A stretch of DNA of 64,000 bases from contig QAKI01000016.1 in assembly GCA_003343905.1 (NCBI GenBank), positions 48,144 to 112,143 on the forward strand, read 5' to 3'. Position 1 is the stretch's first letter; each line of letters starts with the position of its first letter. Source of the DNA: Subdoligranulum variabile. GTDB taxonomy: Bacteria > Bacillota > Clostridia > Oscillospirales > Ruminococcaceae. The notes below the pieces were generated by a model, which saw only the letters and a list, made by a program, of their open reading frames with translations, ran no database searches and was not told the DNA's origin. The translations under genes and the position numbers were made by a program. This document shows positions 20,204 to 30,386 of this stretch, one piece after another.

Positions 20204-21660
20204 TCACTGCAGCATCGTCACCGGCGTGTAGTCGGTGCTTCCCTGCAAAAAGGCTTCAGCGTCGATAAGGGCGTAGTCATAGCCCCCCTCGCGGTAGGCA
20301 GTTTGCACCAGAAAGCGCCCGTCGTTCGTCAGTGCGCAGGGCGTCACCGCCCACGGGATCCCCGAATCGGTGTTTTCTTCCATCGGCATGGCTGTCAGTT
20401 CCCCGGTCTGCTGGTCCAGCACCCAGGCCAGATTTTCGCCATACACGTTGTCGCTGCCGTGGAACCGAAGATACCGCCCCTGCCGGGCGGCGATCTCCGG
20501 CAGGGCGGGCGCCGCCGGGTCGGACACGGTCATGGTCGGGTCGGGCAGAGGCTTCGGCAGGTCCTGCCACGTCCCGGTAGCAGAATCATAGGTGCTGTAG
20601 CTGCGCTGGTAGGGACCGCCCTCCGAAGCAGAGGTTTGTTCCTCAAAATACAGTTTGCCGTCCCACAGGCCGTAAAAATCCATACTGCCGTTTGTGCTTC
20701 CATCATGGGGACGTTCCAGGATCTTGCTCCGCTCGCCGGTGGCGGGGTCCAGCCAGTCGTATTCCACCACGGCCGTTTGGAGCACAGCCTGATAGGCTTC
20801 CCAGTTTTCCCCGATCGTCGGGTCCGGCAGCGGCGCCTGCGTGACGATCCGGCGGGTGAGCAGGCGGTTCCCCTCGGCGGCCGTGACCCACTCGTAAGGC
20901 TGCAGGGCAAAGGTCGTCACGCTGCCGTCCGCCAGCGAAACACGGTAGCCCACCGCCTGGCCGCCCTCCTGCATTTCGGACCCGTACAGCGCCGCGCCGT
21001 CACACCAGCGCAGCGCGTTGGGGCCGATATCCCGGGTACAGGTCACTTCCCGGCGGGAAGCGCCGTCCCCGTCGATGATAAAAAGGCCCGCCGGGGCAGA
21101 TTGTTCCGCATACCGCCTGCGGTAGGAGGCCAGCAGTTCTTCCTCGGTCATGCCCTCCTGCGCGGCCTGCGCCACCTTTTCCTCCCAGCGATTGCGGACG
21201 ACCTCGGCCTCGTAGTCCTCCCAACTGCCCTCATAGTGCATCGTGGCGATCGAATGGTACACATAGACCTTGTCCCCCGCCGTAAAGAGGGCCACTTCCC
21301 TTCCGTATCCCGGAACGTACGCCGGGCAGGCATCGGAGTCATGGGCGCAGCCCGCACGCTGCACAACACCTGCTGTTCGGCAGTGGCATAGTCGATCTTT
21401 GTCACCAGACAGTAGCGCCCTATACGGGGGTCCAGCAAATAATAGGCATCGCCTGCATTGAAGGTCGGGGTCACATAATTGTCTTTCACCTCGTAAAAAT
21501 CCCCCGCCGGGGCGGGCGATTCTTGCGCCGGGGCGGTCTCTGCCGTGGCGGCGGGTTGCGGCGCGGCGGTCGCGGACGGGGCGCTTTCGTCCCGCCCGCC
21601 GCAGGCGGCCAGCGAACCGGCCAGCAACAAAGCCAGCGCGGCACAGTACAGACGTTTCAT
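20204..21660 (-). pseudogene. Lipoprotein paralog 2, split by a 1-bp frameshift near 21354 (or a sequencing error)
   Basis: The N-terminus lies in the 21148..21684 frame and the remainder in the 20204..21364 frame. The junction reads gtg-c-ggg-ctgc where paralog 1 encodes V-P-G-C. Span is 1457 bp (3n-1). Confidence 0.8.
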
Positions 21661-21709
21661 AGCGTTTCTCCTTTGGTCGTGCATTTTGTGGCCGCGCAGA
21701 CGGTGGCGG

Positions 21710-22597
21710 TCAGGGCGTGAGCAGGGGCAGTTCTTCCTCAGCGCAGGGTTGCAGGTTCAGGTTCAGGAACCACCGCGGGCTGGTGATCGTGGTCGTGCCG
21801 GACCAGCCCGAATACTCATACGGGCTGACCAGCGCCGCGATCAGTGCTTCGCCGTTGCGGCTGTATAAGGCGTTGGGGTAGGGGCAGTTTTCCGGCACGG
21901 CCCAGTCGCCCAGATTTTCCAGCCCGGCCTGCGCCGCAAAGGCCCGCAGGGCGTCCTCCCCCGGTGTGGGCAGCGGCGTGTCCCCCGTGCGCGGGGCCGA
22001 GATCCAAAGCTGGGTGATGACGCCGGTGCGGCTGTCCATCGTCATGCTGAACGCCGTGTACAGCGACCCCTGTTCCAGCGCGAACCGCTTGAGGGTCACG
22101 AAGCCCAGACTGTCGGTGGCATAATAGGGCACGTCCAGGCTGTAATACCAGCCGTCATCGCCTGTATAGTAAGCCTCGTCCACAGCGGGCCAGTCGGTGG
22201 CCCAGTCCACCCACTGGCGGTCCAGTACGCCCTGATCCGCCAGATTTTGCAGCGCCGCGTCCACCGTGTCCCGGTATTCGCTGCCGTTGGTCATGCTTTC
22301 CAGGCTGCTCCGCGCGCTCACATACAGTTTCAGCGGCGGCTGTTCCTCGTCCGGCCCGGCTTCCTGCAGGTCAGGGGGCGCGATATTCTGCTGTTGCTGC
22401 TGCGCCGTGAGCTGGCGCAGGATGTAATAATCCTCCCCGCTGGGGACCGGTGCGACATAGGGGTCCCGCACCGGGGCGCTGCGCCCCAGGGCCGCCGCGT
22501 CCACCGCCGCCAGGAACGCCGCCGGGGCGGCCGCGCAGCCCAGCACCGCTGCCACGCACAGCCCGGTCATCCACCGGGGATGCTGCCACAGGTTCAT
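21710..22597 (-). CDS. Membrane-anchored hypothetical protein translationally coupled to the histidine kinase
   Basis: ATGA overlap with the HK stop; N-terminal hydrophobic helix; AAGGAGG RBS. Confidence 0.7.
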   Translation of the reverse strand: MNLWQHPRWMTGLCVAAVLGCAAAPAAFLAAVDAAALGRSAPVRDPYVAPVPSGEDYYILRQLTAQQQQQNIAPPDLQEAGPDEEQPPLKLYVSARSSLESMTNGSEYRDTVDAALQNLADQGVLDRQWVDWATDWPAVDEAYYTGDDGWYYSLDVPYYATDSLGFVTLKRFALEQGSLYTAFSMTMDSRTGVITQLWISAPRTGDTPLPTPGEDALRAFAAQAGLENLGDWAVPENCPYPNALYSRNGEALIAALVSPYEYSGWSGTTTITSPRWFLNLNLQPCAEEELPLLTP

Positions 22598-23940
22598 TGC
22601 GCGCCTCCTTTCTGCAATACGACCCGCACCGTGGTGCCCTGCCCGACGGCGCTTTCGATCACAAGATCGCTGCCATGGGCCGCCGCGATGCGCTTGCACA
22701 GCGCCAGCCCCAGCCCGCTGCCGCCCTGGCGGCGGGCGCGGGATTTATCCACCATATAAAACGGCTCGGTGACGCGGGCGATCTCCTGCGCGGGGATGCC
22801 GCAGCCATGGTCGGCCACTTCCAGCGTGACCGTTTTCTCGCCCGGCAGGCAGCGCACCTCGATGGGCGCGCCCCCGTCGCAGGCTTTGACGGCGTTCTGC
22901 ACCAGATTGCACAGCAGGTCCAGCAGCAGGTCCGCGTCGCCATGCACCAGCCAGTGCCCCGCCGGGGTGTGCAGCACGGCCCCCGGGCAGGCCGCCCGCA
23001 GCCGGGGCCACAGGTCCGCCAGGTCCACATCGGTCAGTTCCAGTTCCTCGTCCCCCAGCGCCAGCAGGGCCAGCAGTTTCTGGCTCAGGGCTTCCAGGCG
23101 GCGGCTCTCGTGATAGATGGCCCCGGCGGCTTCGCGCTGTTCTTCGGGGTCGGTCTGCAGGGTCCGCAGCACGTCGGCGTAACCAAGGATGCTGGTCATC
23201 GGCGTTTTGAGTTCATGGGTGAACGCCCCCACGAAATCCTCCCGCCGCTGCACGTCGGCTTCCAGGTCCGCGATCTTTTCCTGCACGGCGTCGGCCATGC
23301 GGTCAAAGCTGTGGCTCACCTGCTCGATCTCGTCGCCGGTATGTAGGTCCGTGCGGCGGGCATAGTCGCCGTCCGCGATCCGGGCGCTGGCCGCCGTGAG
23401 CACCCGCAGCGGGCGGGTGACCTGCCGCGCCAGCAGCGCCGTGACCGCCGCCCCGGCCGCCAGGACCACCACTTCCAGCCCCAGAAAACGCCGCAGGCTG
23501 GCGTCGCGGTCGCGGTACAGGCTGGTCAGGTCAAAGCAGCTTACCAGATGCAGGTCCCCCTGCAGGTCGCTGCCGTACAACGAGAACACCGCCCCGTCCA
23601 CGGCCACGGTGCGCATGGTGCCGTTGGCCAGCGGGGCGTCCAGCGGCGCCGCCAGCGTACTGTTCACCAGCGTGCCGCCCTTCCACAAAGCGGCGGACAC
23701 CTGCTGCTTTGCCAGCAGTTCGGCCAGCACCGCCGCGTCCAGGTCCTCGCCCCGGCGCTGGCGGTCGATGATCTCGGTCTGCAGCAGGGTGCAGGCCTGC
23801 GCGTGGGCCGCGGCGTGGGATACGTTGGTGCGCTGCAACTGAACGCTGAAATCGCTGTACAGCAGGTAGCAGCCCCCTACGCCGAAGGACGCGCTGAGGA
23901 CCAGCAGCAGCAAGCAGACAAGTTTTTGTGCGTAGCGCAT
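22594..23940 (-). CDS. Sensor histidine kinase (HAMP, HisKA, HATPase)
   Basis: Two TM helices, FTHELKTPMT, NLVQNAVK, DHGCGI, GSGLGL. Confidence 0.95.
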   Translation of the reverse strand: MRYAQKLVCLLLLVLSASFGVGGCYLLYSDFSVQLQRTNVSHAAAHAQACTLLQTEIIDRQRRGEDLDAAVLAELLAKQQVSAALWKGGTLVNSTLAAPLDAPLANGTMRTVAVDGAVFSLYGSDLQGDLHLVSCFDLTSLYRDRDASLRRFLGLEVVVLAAGAAVTALLARQVTRPLRVLTAASARIADGDYARRTDLHTGDEIEQVSHSFDRMADAVQEKIADLEADVQRREDFVGAFTHELKTPMTSILGYADVLRTLQTDPEEQREAAGAIYHESRRLEALSQKLLALLALGDEELELTDVDLADLWPRLRAACPGAVLHTPAGHWLVHGDADLLLDLLCNLVQNAVKACDGGAPIEVRCLPGEKTVTLEVADHGCGIPAQEIARVTEPFYMVDKSRARRQGGSGLGLALCKRIAAAHGSDLVIESAVGQGTTVRVVLQKGGAQ

Positions 23941-23943
23941 GGT

Positions 23944-24609
23944 TCACTCCTTTTTCAGGCGGTAGCCGATCCGGTAGACGGTCTCGATACGGTCATGCCA
24001 GTGCAGCTTGCGCCGCAGCCGCATGATGTGCAGGTCCAGCGTGCGGGTGTCGCTTTCGGCCAGGTCGCCGCCCCACACCCGCTCGTACAGGGTGTCACGG
24101 TAAAGCGCCGCGCCCCGGTTGCGCATGAGCTGTTCCAGCAGGCGGAATTCATAGGGCGTCAGGTCCACCGTCCGCCCGTTCTGGGTGACGGTATGTTCCC
24201 CGGCGTCCAGCACCACGTCGAACGCCTGCATGACGTTGCCGCGGCCCGCCCGCCGCAGCACCGATTCCACCCGCGCCAGCAGTTCTTCGATGACGAAGGG
24301 CTTGACGATGTAGTCGTCCGCGCCGCGGCGCAGCCCCTCGACCCGATCCTTCACGGCGCCCTTGGCTGTGATGAAGATCACCGGCACGCCCAGCGGGCGC
24401 AGGTAATCCAGCAGTTCGTACCCGTCCAGCCCCGGCAGCATGATGTCCAGCAGCGCCAGGTCGAAGGTCTGTTCCTCGATGCGGTCGGCCGCCGTGCCGC
24501 CGTCCTCCGCCACCGTGCAGTCATACCCGGCGCGGGTCAGGCTCATTTCGATCAGGCGGGCGATGCGGTGTTCATCCTCCACGATCAATACGCGTGTCAT
24601 ATGTTCCAT
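23944..24609 (-). CDS. OmpR-family response regulator
   Basis: LIVEDE, LLDIMLP, GADDYIVKPF, winged helix 'RTLDLHIMRLRRK...VYRIGY'. Confidence 0.95.
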   Translation of the reverse strand: MEHMTRVLIVEDEHRIARLIEMSLTRAGYDCTVAEDGGTAADRIEEQTFDLALLDIMLPGLDGYELLDYLRPLGVPVIFITAKGAVKDRVEGLRRGADDYIVKPFVIEELLARVESVLRRAGRGNVMQAFDVVLDAGEHTVTQNGRTVDLTPYEFRLLEQLMRNRGAALYRDTLYERVWGGDLAESDTRTLDLHIMRLRRKLHWHDRIETVYRIGYRLKKE

Positions 24610-24753
24610 CCTTTCTATGCCTACAGGATACGCCTGTGTTGTATCGCAGTTGTTACATCCGGCGTTGTAATTTTACACAATTTTCTTTATTTTACCACAA
24701 AAAGCGTGGTATAATGTACCAAAACGCCTGAAATTGCAAAGGAGTTGCCATCC

Positions 24754-27024
24754 ATGAGCGTTACGATAGAAGAACTGGTACGATCCCTGACGCTGGAAGA
24801 AAAGGCCGGGCTGTGTTCCGGCCGGGATTTCTGGCGCACCAAAGCGGTGGAACGGCTGGGCATCCCGGCGATGATGATGTCCGACGGGCCGCACGGCCTG
24901 CGCGCGCAGAAGCCCGGCAGCACCGCCCCCGACGACAGCATCGAGGCGGTGTGCTTCCCCGCCGGGTGCGCGGCGGCCGCCAGCTTTGACCCCGCGCTGA
25001 CCCGCCGCATGGGCGCGGCCCTGGGGCGCGAAGCCCGCGCCGCCGGGGTGCAGATGGTGCTGGGGCCCGCCATCAACATCAAGCGCAGCCCCCTGTGCGG
25101 CCGCAACTTTGAATATTACAGCGAGGACCCCTTCCTGGCCGGGGAACTGGCCGCCGCCTTCATCCAGGGCGTGCAGGGGGAGGGCGTGGCCGCCTGCCCC
25201 AAGCATTTTGCCGCCAACAGCCAGGAAACGCGCCGCCTTTCGGTAGACAGCCGCATGGACGAGCGCACCCTGCACGAGATCTACCTGCCCGCCTTTGAGA
25301 CCGCCGTGCGGGAGGGCCGCCCCTGGTCGCTGATGTGCAGCTACAACCGCGTAAACGGCACCTATGCCAGCGAGAACCGGCTGCTGCTGACCGACATCCT
25401 GCGCGGCGAATGGGGCTTTGACGGGTTCACAGTGTCCGACTGGGGGGCCGTCAACGACCGGGTGCGGGGCGTGGCCGCCGGGCTGGACCTGGAGATGCCG
25501 GGTTCCGGCGGCGTGAACGACGCGCGCCTGGTGGAAGCCGTGCGCAGCGGCGCGCTGGACGAAGCCGTACTGGACAAGGCCGTGGGGCGCATCCTGAACA
25601 TCGTGCTGCGCACGGCCGACCTGGCGCGCACCCCCGCCGCCTGGGACCACGAGGCCGACCACCGGCTGGTGGCCGATATGGCGAAGGAATGCGCCGTGCT
25701 GCTGCGCAACCTGGGCGCGCTGCCGCTGCGCAAAGGGCAGAAGGTCGCCTACATCGGCGCGTTCGCCCGGACGCCGCGCTACCAGGGCGGCGGGTCCAGC
25801 CATGTGAACACCCACGGGGCCGTGGGCGCGCTGGACGCCGCCCGCCGCAGCGGCCGCGACGTGACCTATGTGGAGGGCTTCCCCGCCGACCGCGACCAGC
25901 GGGACGAACAGGAGTTCCTGCGGGCGGTATCGGCCGCCGAAGCCGCCGACGTGGCCGTGATCTTTGCCGGGCTGCCGGAAATTTTTGAGAGCGAGGGCGC
26001 CGACCGCCGCCATATGCGGCTGCCGGACTGCCAGAACAACCTGATTGCCCGCGTGGCCGCCGTGCAGAAGAACACCGTGGTGGTGCTGCACACCGGCGCG
26101 CCGGTGGAATGCCCCTGGGCCGAGGATGTTTCGGCCGTGCTGTGCATGTACCTGGGCGGCGAGGGCGTGGGCGAAGCCGCCGACGCCCTGCTGTGGGGCG
26201 ACGCCAACCCCTCCGGCCGCCTGCCGGAGACCTGGCCCCTGCGGCTGGAGGACACCCCCTGCTACCTGGACTACCCCGGCGACGGCGTGACCTCGGACTA
26301 CCGCGAAGGCATCTTTGTGGGCTACCGCTGGTACGACGCCCGCCGGATGGCGGTGCGCTGGCCCTTCGGCCACGGGCTGAGCTACACGGGCTTCGTTTAC
26401 CGCGACGCCGCGCTGGACGCCCCCACGCTGACCGAGGACGGCACGGTGACGCTGCGGGTACACATCCGCAACAGCGGTTCGGCGGCCGGCGCCGAGACCG
26501 TGCAGCTCTACGTCAGCGACGCCACCGGCGCGCCGGTGCCCGGCGGCCAGGCGCCCCAGGTGCTGCGCGGCATCCAGAAAGCCGTGCTGGCCCCCGGGCA
26601 GGAGTGCGAGGTCAGCTTTACGCTGACGGCCCGCGACCTGAGCCACTACGACGAGCGGCTGCACGGCTGGTACGCCGCGCCGGGGCGGTATGAACTGCGG
26701 CTGGGGCATTCCAGCCGGGACATCCGCGCCACGGTGCCGCTGCAGTTCGTGACCGATCGCCGCCCGCCCCTGACCGTGGACGAGAACACCCCGCTGGGCA
26801 TCCTGATGGCCGACCCGCGCACGGCGGCGCTGGTACAGAAGATGCTGAGCGACCACCCCCAGGGCATGGACAACGGCGGCGGCGACGGGCTGATGCCCCC
26901 CGACGCCATGGCCCAGATGCTGGACGCCATGCCGCTGCGCGCGCTGGCGAACTTTGGCGGGGCGGACACCGCAGCCGCGCTGCCCGCCATGCTGGACGCC
27001 CTGCGCGGCGCGCTGGCAGAATAA
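24754..27024 (+). CDS. GH3 beta-glucosidase with Fn3-like domain
   Basis: MSDGPHGLR, GRNFEYYSEDP, KHFAAN, nucleophile SDW, YREGIFVGYRWYD, PFGHGLSYT. Confidence 0.95.
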   Translation: MSVTIEELVRSLTLEEKAGLCSGRDFWRTKAVERLGIPAMMMSDGPHGLRAQKPGSTAPDDSIEAVCFPAGCAAAASFDPALTRRMGAALGREARAAGVQMVLGPAINIKRSPLCGRNFEYYSEDPFLAGELAAAFIQGVQGEGVAACPKHFAANSQETRRLSVDSRMDERTLHEIYLPAFETAVREGRPWSLMCSYNRVNGTYASENRLLLTDILRGEWGFDGFTVSDWGAVNDRVRGVAAGLDLEMPGSGGVNDARLVEAVRSGALDEAVLDKAVGRILNIVLRTADLARTPAAWDHEADHRLVADMAKECAVLLRNLGALPLRKGQKVAYIGAFARTPRYQGGGSSHVNTHGAVGALDAARRSGRDVTYVEGFPADRDQRDEQEFLRAVSAAEAADVAVIFAGLPEIFESEGADRRHMRLPDCQNNLIARVAAVQKNTVVVLHTGAPVECPWAEDVSAVLCMYLGGEGVGEAADALLWGDANPSGRLPETWPLRLEDTPCYLDYPGDGVTSDYREGIFVGYRWYDARRMAVRWPFGHGLSYTGFVYRDAALDAPTLTEDGTVTLRVHIRNSGSAAGAETVQLYVSDATGAPVPGGQAPQVLRGIQKAVLAPGQECEVSFTLTARDLSHYDERLHGWYAAPGRYELRLGHSSRDIRATVPLQFVTDRRPPLTVDENTPLGILMADPRTAALVQKMLSDHPQGMDNGGGDGLMPPDAMAQMLDAMPLRALANFGGADTAAALPAMLDALRGALAE

Positions 27025-27043
27025 ACTGCGATATACCCATACC

Positions 27044-27083
27044 AAAAGCGGCGGCGCCCGGAGTTTCCGGGCGCCGCCGCTTT
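27044..27083. terminator. Bidirectional terminator
   Basis: aaagcggcggcgcccgga/tccgggcgccgccgcttt. Confidence 0.8.
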
Positions 27084-27100
27084 GCTGTATTTTTCTGTTG

Positions 27101-27745
27101 TCAGCCGCCGTTTTCCGGCAGGATCATGTCGATGCCGCGCTGCAGGGTCTCGGCGTCCAAAGCGCCCTGGCCCCAGGCCACCAGATTCCCCTCGGCATCC
27201 AGGAAGTAGGTGGTGGGCAGCGAGTAGACGCCGTAGGTCATGGCCGCGTCGGTGTCCAGGTCGAACAGCACCGGGAAGGTGTAGCCCTCCTGTTCCAGCA
27301 GTTCCTCGGCGCTGGCCTGGGTCTCGCGCCCGGTGGTCATGTTCACCATCAGGAACTGCAGGTCGGGGTATTCCTCATAGGCTTTCTGGAACTCCGGCAT
27401 CTCGCTCTTGCAGGGGCCGCACCAACTGGCCCAGAAGTTCAGCACCAGCGGCTTGCCGAAGTAATCGCTGAGCTGCACGGCGTTGCCGTCGGCGTCATAG
27501 GCCGTAAAGTCCGGCGCGCGCCGGTCGTCGGCTTCGTCCTGCTGCGCGCTCTCCCCGGTCTGGGGGGCCGGGGTCCCGGTGGGCGCCGGGGCGGACGGGT
27601 CCGGCGTTGCCGCGGGCACAGGGGTCTGTTCCACGGCCAACTGTTCGGGCGCGTATTCGCCGCTCAGGCGGTCATACAAAAGCGCCGCGCCGCCCAGCAG
27701 CACCACAAAGGCCAGCGCCAGCAGCCAGATACTCTTTTTTCCCAT
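27101..27745 (-). CDS. TlpA/ResA-family membrane-anchored thiol-disulfide oxidoreductase
   Basis: N-terminal TM helix, NFWASWCGPC, LPTT. Confidence 0.93.
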   Translation of the reverse strand: MGKKSIWLLALAFVVLLGGAALLYDRLSGEYAPEQLAVEQTPVPAATPDPSAPAPTGTPAPQTGESAQQDEADDRRAPDFTAYDADGNAVQLSDYFGKPLVLNFWASWCGPCKSEMPEFQKAYEEYPDLQFLMVNMTTGRETQASAEELLEQEGYTFPVLFDLDTDAAMTYGVYSLPTTYFLDAEGNLVAWGQGALDAETLQRGIDMILPENGG

Positions 27746-27761
27746 GGCGATCGCTCCCCTT

Positions 27762-28424
27762 TCAGCTCAAGAAGTTCAGCAGGCGGCCCATCAGGCCGGT
27801 GGCCATCAGCACGCCCACGAAGATCAGGAACACGCCGCTGACCGTGTTGATGACGGCATAATGCCGCTTGACCCAGTCAAAGGCGGTCTTTAACCGGTCG
27901 ATGAGCACGGCGCTGAGGACGAACGGCACGCCCAGCCCCAGCGAATAGACCAGCAGCATGAGCATACCGGCCAGCACATGCCCCTGCTGGGACGCCATGG
28001 CCAGCGCCGAACCCAGGAAGGCCCCCACGCAGGGGGTCCAGCCCACGGCAAAGACCATGCCGAACAGCAGCGCCGCGCCGAAGCCCATGCCGTCGGCCTT
28101 GACCGCGCGGCTGCTGCCCCGGAACAGCGTCAGCTTGATGACGCCCAGAAAGTTCAGGCCGAAGAAGATCACCACCGCGCCCGAGATCAGGTTGACGGCG
28201 GTGTGGTAGTGCTGCAGGAAGGCCCCCAGCGTGCCCGCCAGCGCCCCCATGAGCACGAACAGCACGGTGAAGCCGGTGACGAAGCCCGCCGCGCCGGTCA
28301 GGGTGCGGCGGGTGCTGCGCGTGCCGCCGCCCGCAAAGTACGAAAGATAGACCGGCAGCATCGGCAGCAGGCAGGGTGAGATGAAGGTGATGATACCTTC
28401 CAGAAATGCAATGAAATACGGCAT
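27762..28424 (-). CDS. ccdA: CcdA/DsbD-family disulfide transporter
   Basis: FISPCLLPMLP and GWTPCVG. Confidence 0.93.
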   Translation of the reverse strand: MPYFIAFLEGIITFISPCLLPMLPVYLSYFAGGGTRSTRRTLTGAAGFVTGFTVLFVLMGALAGTLGAFLQHYHTAVNLISGAVVIFFGLNFLGVIKLTLFRGSSRAVKADGMGFGAALLFGMVFAVGWTPCVGAFLGSALAMASQQGHVLAGMLMLLVYSLGLGVPFVLSAVLIDRLKTAFDWVKRHYAVINTVSGVFLIFVGVLMATGLMGRLLNFLS

Positions 28425-28634
28425 GGGTCAACTCCTGTACTATGATTTTTTCGCAAGTTCCCTCGTCGGCGCGGCAGCCCGCACACGGGCCGCCGCGTTC
28501 CTTTATCCTACCACAGACGGCCCCGCTCTGGCAATGGGAAATTTGCCGCCGCCCGCCCCCGCTGCAAAAAACCGCGCCGCCCGCTCGTCTATATGGGCAA
28601 AGGAACTTTTCCCCCCACAGCAAGGAGCATTGCC

Positions 28635-29804
28635 ATGAAAATTTTACTGACGAGCGACACCTGGGCCCCCACCGTCAACGGGGTGGTGACTTCGGCCATG
28701 ACGCTGCGCGCCGCCCTGCAGGCCCGCGGGCACGAGGTCCGCGTGCTGACCCTGGCGGGCGGCCGCCATACCTGTGTCCGGGACGGCGTGACCTTCCTCG
28801 GCTCGCTGGACGCCGGGCTGGTCTACCCCGGCGCACGGCTGCGTGCCCCCGCGCTGGACGGCGCGCTGCGCGAACTGGCCGCCTGGCAGCCCGATGTGGT
28901 CCATTCCCAGTGCGAGTTCAGCACCTTTGCCCCGGCGCGCCAGCTTGCCAAAGCCGCCCGCGCGCCGCTGGTGCACACCTACCACACCGTGTACGAGGAC
29001 TACACCCACTACTTTTCCCCCAGTCGCCGCATGGGGCGCGGGCTGGCCGCGCTGTTCACCCGGCACGTCTGCGCGCAGGCCGACGCCGTTATCGCGCCGA
29101 CGCCCAAGATCCGGCGGCTGCTGGCCGGGTACGGCGTGCGCGTCCCGGTGGAGGTGATCCCCACCGGGCTGGACCTGGAACGGCTGCGGCAGGCCCCCGA
29201 CCCCGCCCTGCGGGATGCTTTGGGCCTGACCGGGCGCGGGCCGGTGTTTTTGTACCTGGGGCGGCTGGCGAAGGAAAAGAACATCCCGGAACTGATCGGC
29301 GCGCTGCCCCGCATCCCCCGCGGTACGCTGCTGATCGCGGGCGACGGCCCCGAACGCGCCGCCCTGCAGGCCCATGCCGAGGCGCTGGGGCTGGCGGATC
29401 GGGTGCGCTTTGCGGGCATGGTGCCGCCGGACGAGGTAGGCCGCTACTACGCGCTGGCCGACGCCTTTGTGAGTGCTTCCACCAGCGAGGCGCAGGGGCT
29501 GACCTATCTGGAAGCACTGGCCGCCGGGGTGCCGCTGCTGTGCCGGGACGACCCCTGTGTGCGCGGGTTCCTGGCCGCGGCCCCCTGCGGGTGGACCTAC
29601 CGCACACCGGGGGAACTGGCCGCGCTGGCGGCCGCCCTGCCCTGCGGGGCCGAAGCTGCGCCCCTGCGCCGGGCCGCCCGGCAGGCCGCCGCCCCCTACA
29701 GCCGGGAACAGTTCGGCATGGCGGTGGAGGCGCTCTACCGCCGCCTGATTTTGCAGCGGGCCGTCGCGCCACTGCCTGCCGGAAGGCGGGTGATCCTGTG
29801 GTGA
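28635..29804 (+). CDS. GT4 glycosyltransferase (monoglycosyl-diacylglycerol synthase-like)
   Basis: DTWAPTVNGV, HTYHTVYEDY, GRLAKEKN, SEAQGLTYLEA. Confidence 0.88.
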   Translation: MKILLTSDTWAPTVNGVVTSAMTLRAALQARGHEVRVLTLAGGRHTCVRDGVTFLGSLDAGLVYPGARLRAPALDGALRELAAWQPDVVHSQCEFSTFAPARQLAKAARAPLVHTYHTVYEDYTHYFSPSRRMGRGLAALFTRHVCAQADAVIAPTPKIRRLLAGYGVRVPVEVIPTGLDLERLRQAPDPALRDALGLTGRGPVFLYLGRLAKEKNIPELIGALPRIPRGTLLIAGDGPERAALQAHAEALGLADRVRFAGMVPPDEVGRYYALADAFVSASTSEAQGLTYLEALAAGVPLLCRDDPCVRGFLAAAPCGWTYRTPGELAALAAALPCGAEAAPLRRAARQAAAPYSREQFGMAVEALYRRLILQRAVAPLPAGRRVILW

Positions 29805-30382
29805 AGCGACTGCATCAGGCGGCGTCGGTGCTGGGGCTGGCGCTGTGCTGCCTGCTGGCCCTGAGTTTCTGGCAGGCGGGCGTGTTCGATTCGCGCGAGG
29901 CGCTGGCCCGCTATTTGCAGCAGTTCGGCTGGGCCGGGCCCGCCGTGTTCGTGGCCTTTCAGGCCGTGCAGGTGGTGCTGCCCATTTTGCCCGGCGGGCT
30001 GGGGTGTCTGGCCGGGGTGGTGCTGTTCGGCCCGTGGCAGGGGTTCTGGTACAACTACATCGGCATCTGTTTAGGGTCGCTGGCGGCCTTCGCCATCGCC
30101 CGCGCCTGCGGGCGGCCGCTGCTGGAAGCCATGTTTTCCCCGCAGCTTATTGAAAAATACGACCGCTGGATGGGCAGCGGCCACCGCTTTGCCCGCTGGT
30201 TCGCCCTGCTGATCTTCCTGCCGGTGGCCCCGGACGACTATCTCTGTTTTCTGGCCGGGACCACCCGCATGGACTGGCGGCTGTACACGGCCATCATCCT
30301 GCTGTGCAAACCGACGTCCATCGCGCTGTACAGTCTGGGATTGACGGTGATCGCCCAGAACCTGCTGGGCCTTTGGAGGTGA
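29798..30382 (+). CDS. TVP38/TMEM64 (VTT/DedA superfamily) membrane protein
   Basis: 'QVVLPILPGG', 'G..FG...G', 'FLPVAPDDYLC..AG'; GTG start overlapping the upstream stop. Confidence 0.85.
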   Translation: MVKRLHQAASVLGLALCCLLALSFWQAGVFDSREALARYLQQFGWAGPAVFVAFQAVQVVLPILPGGLGCLAGVVLFGPWQGFWYNYIGICLGSLAAFAIARACGRPLLEAMFSPQLIEKYDRWMGSGHRFARWFALLIFLPVAPDDYLCFLAGTTRMDWRLYTAIILLCKPTSIALYSLGLTVIAQNLLGLWR

Positions 30383-30386
30383 GCGT

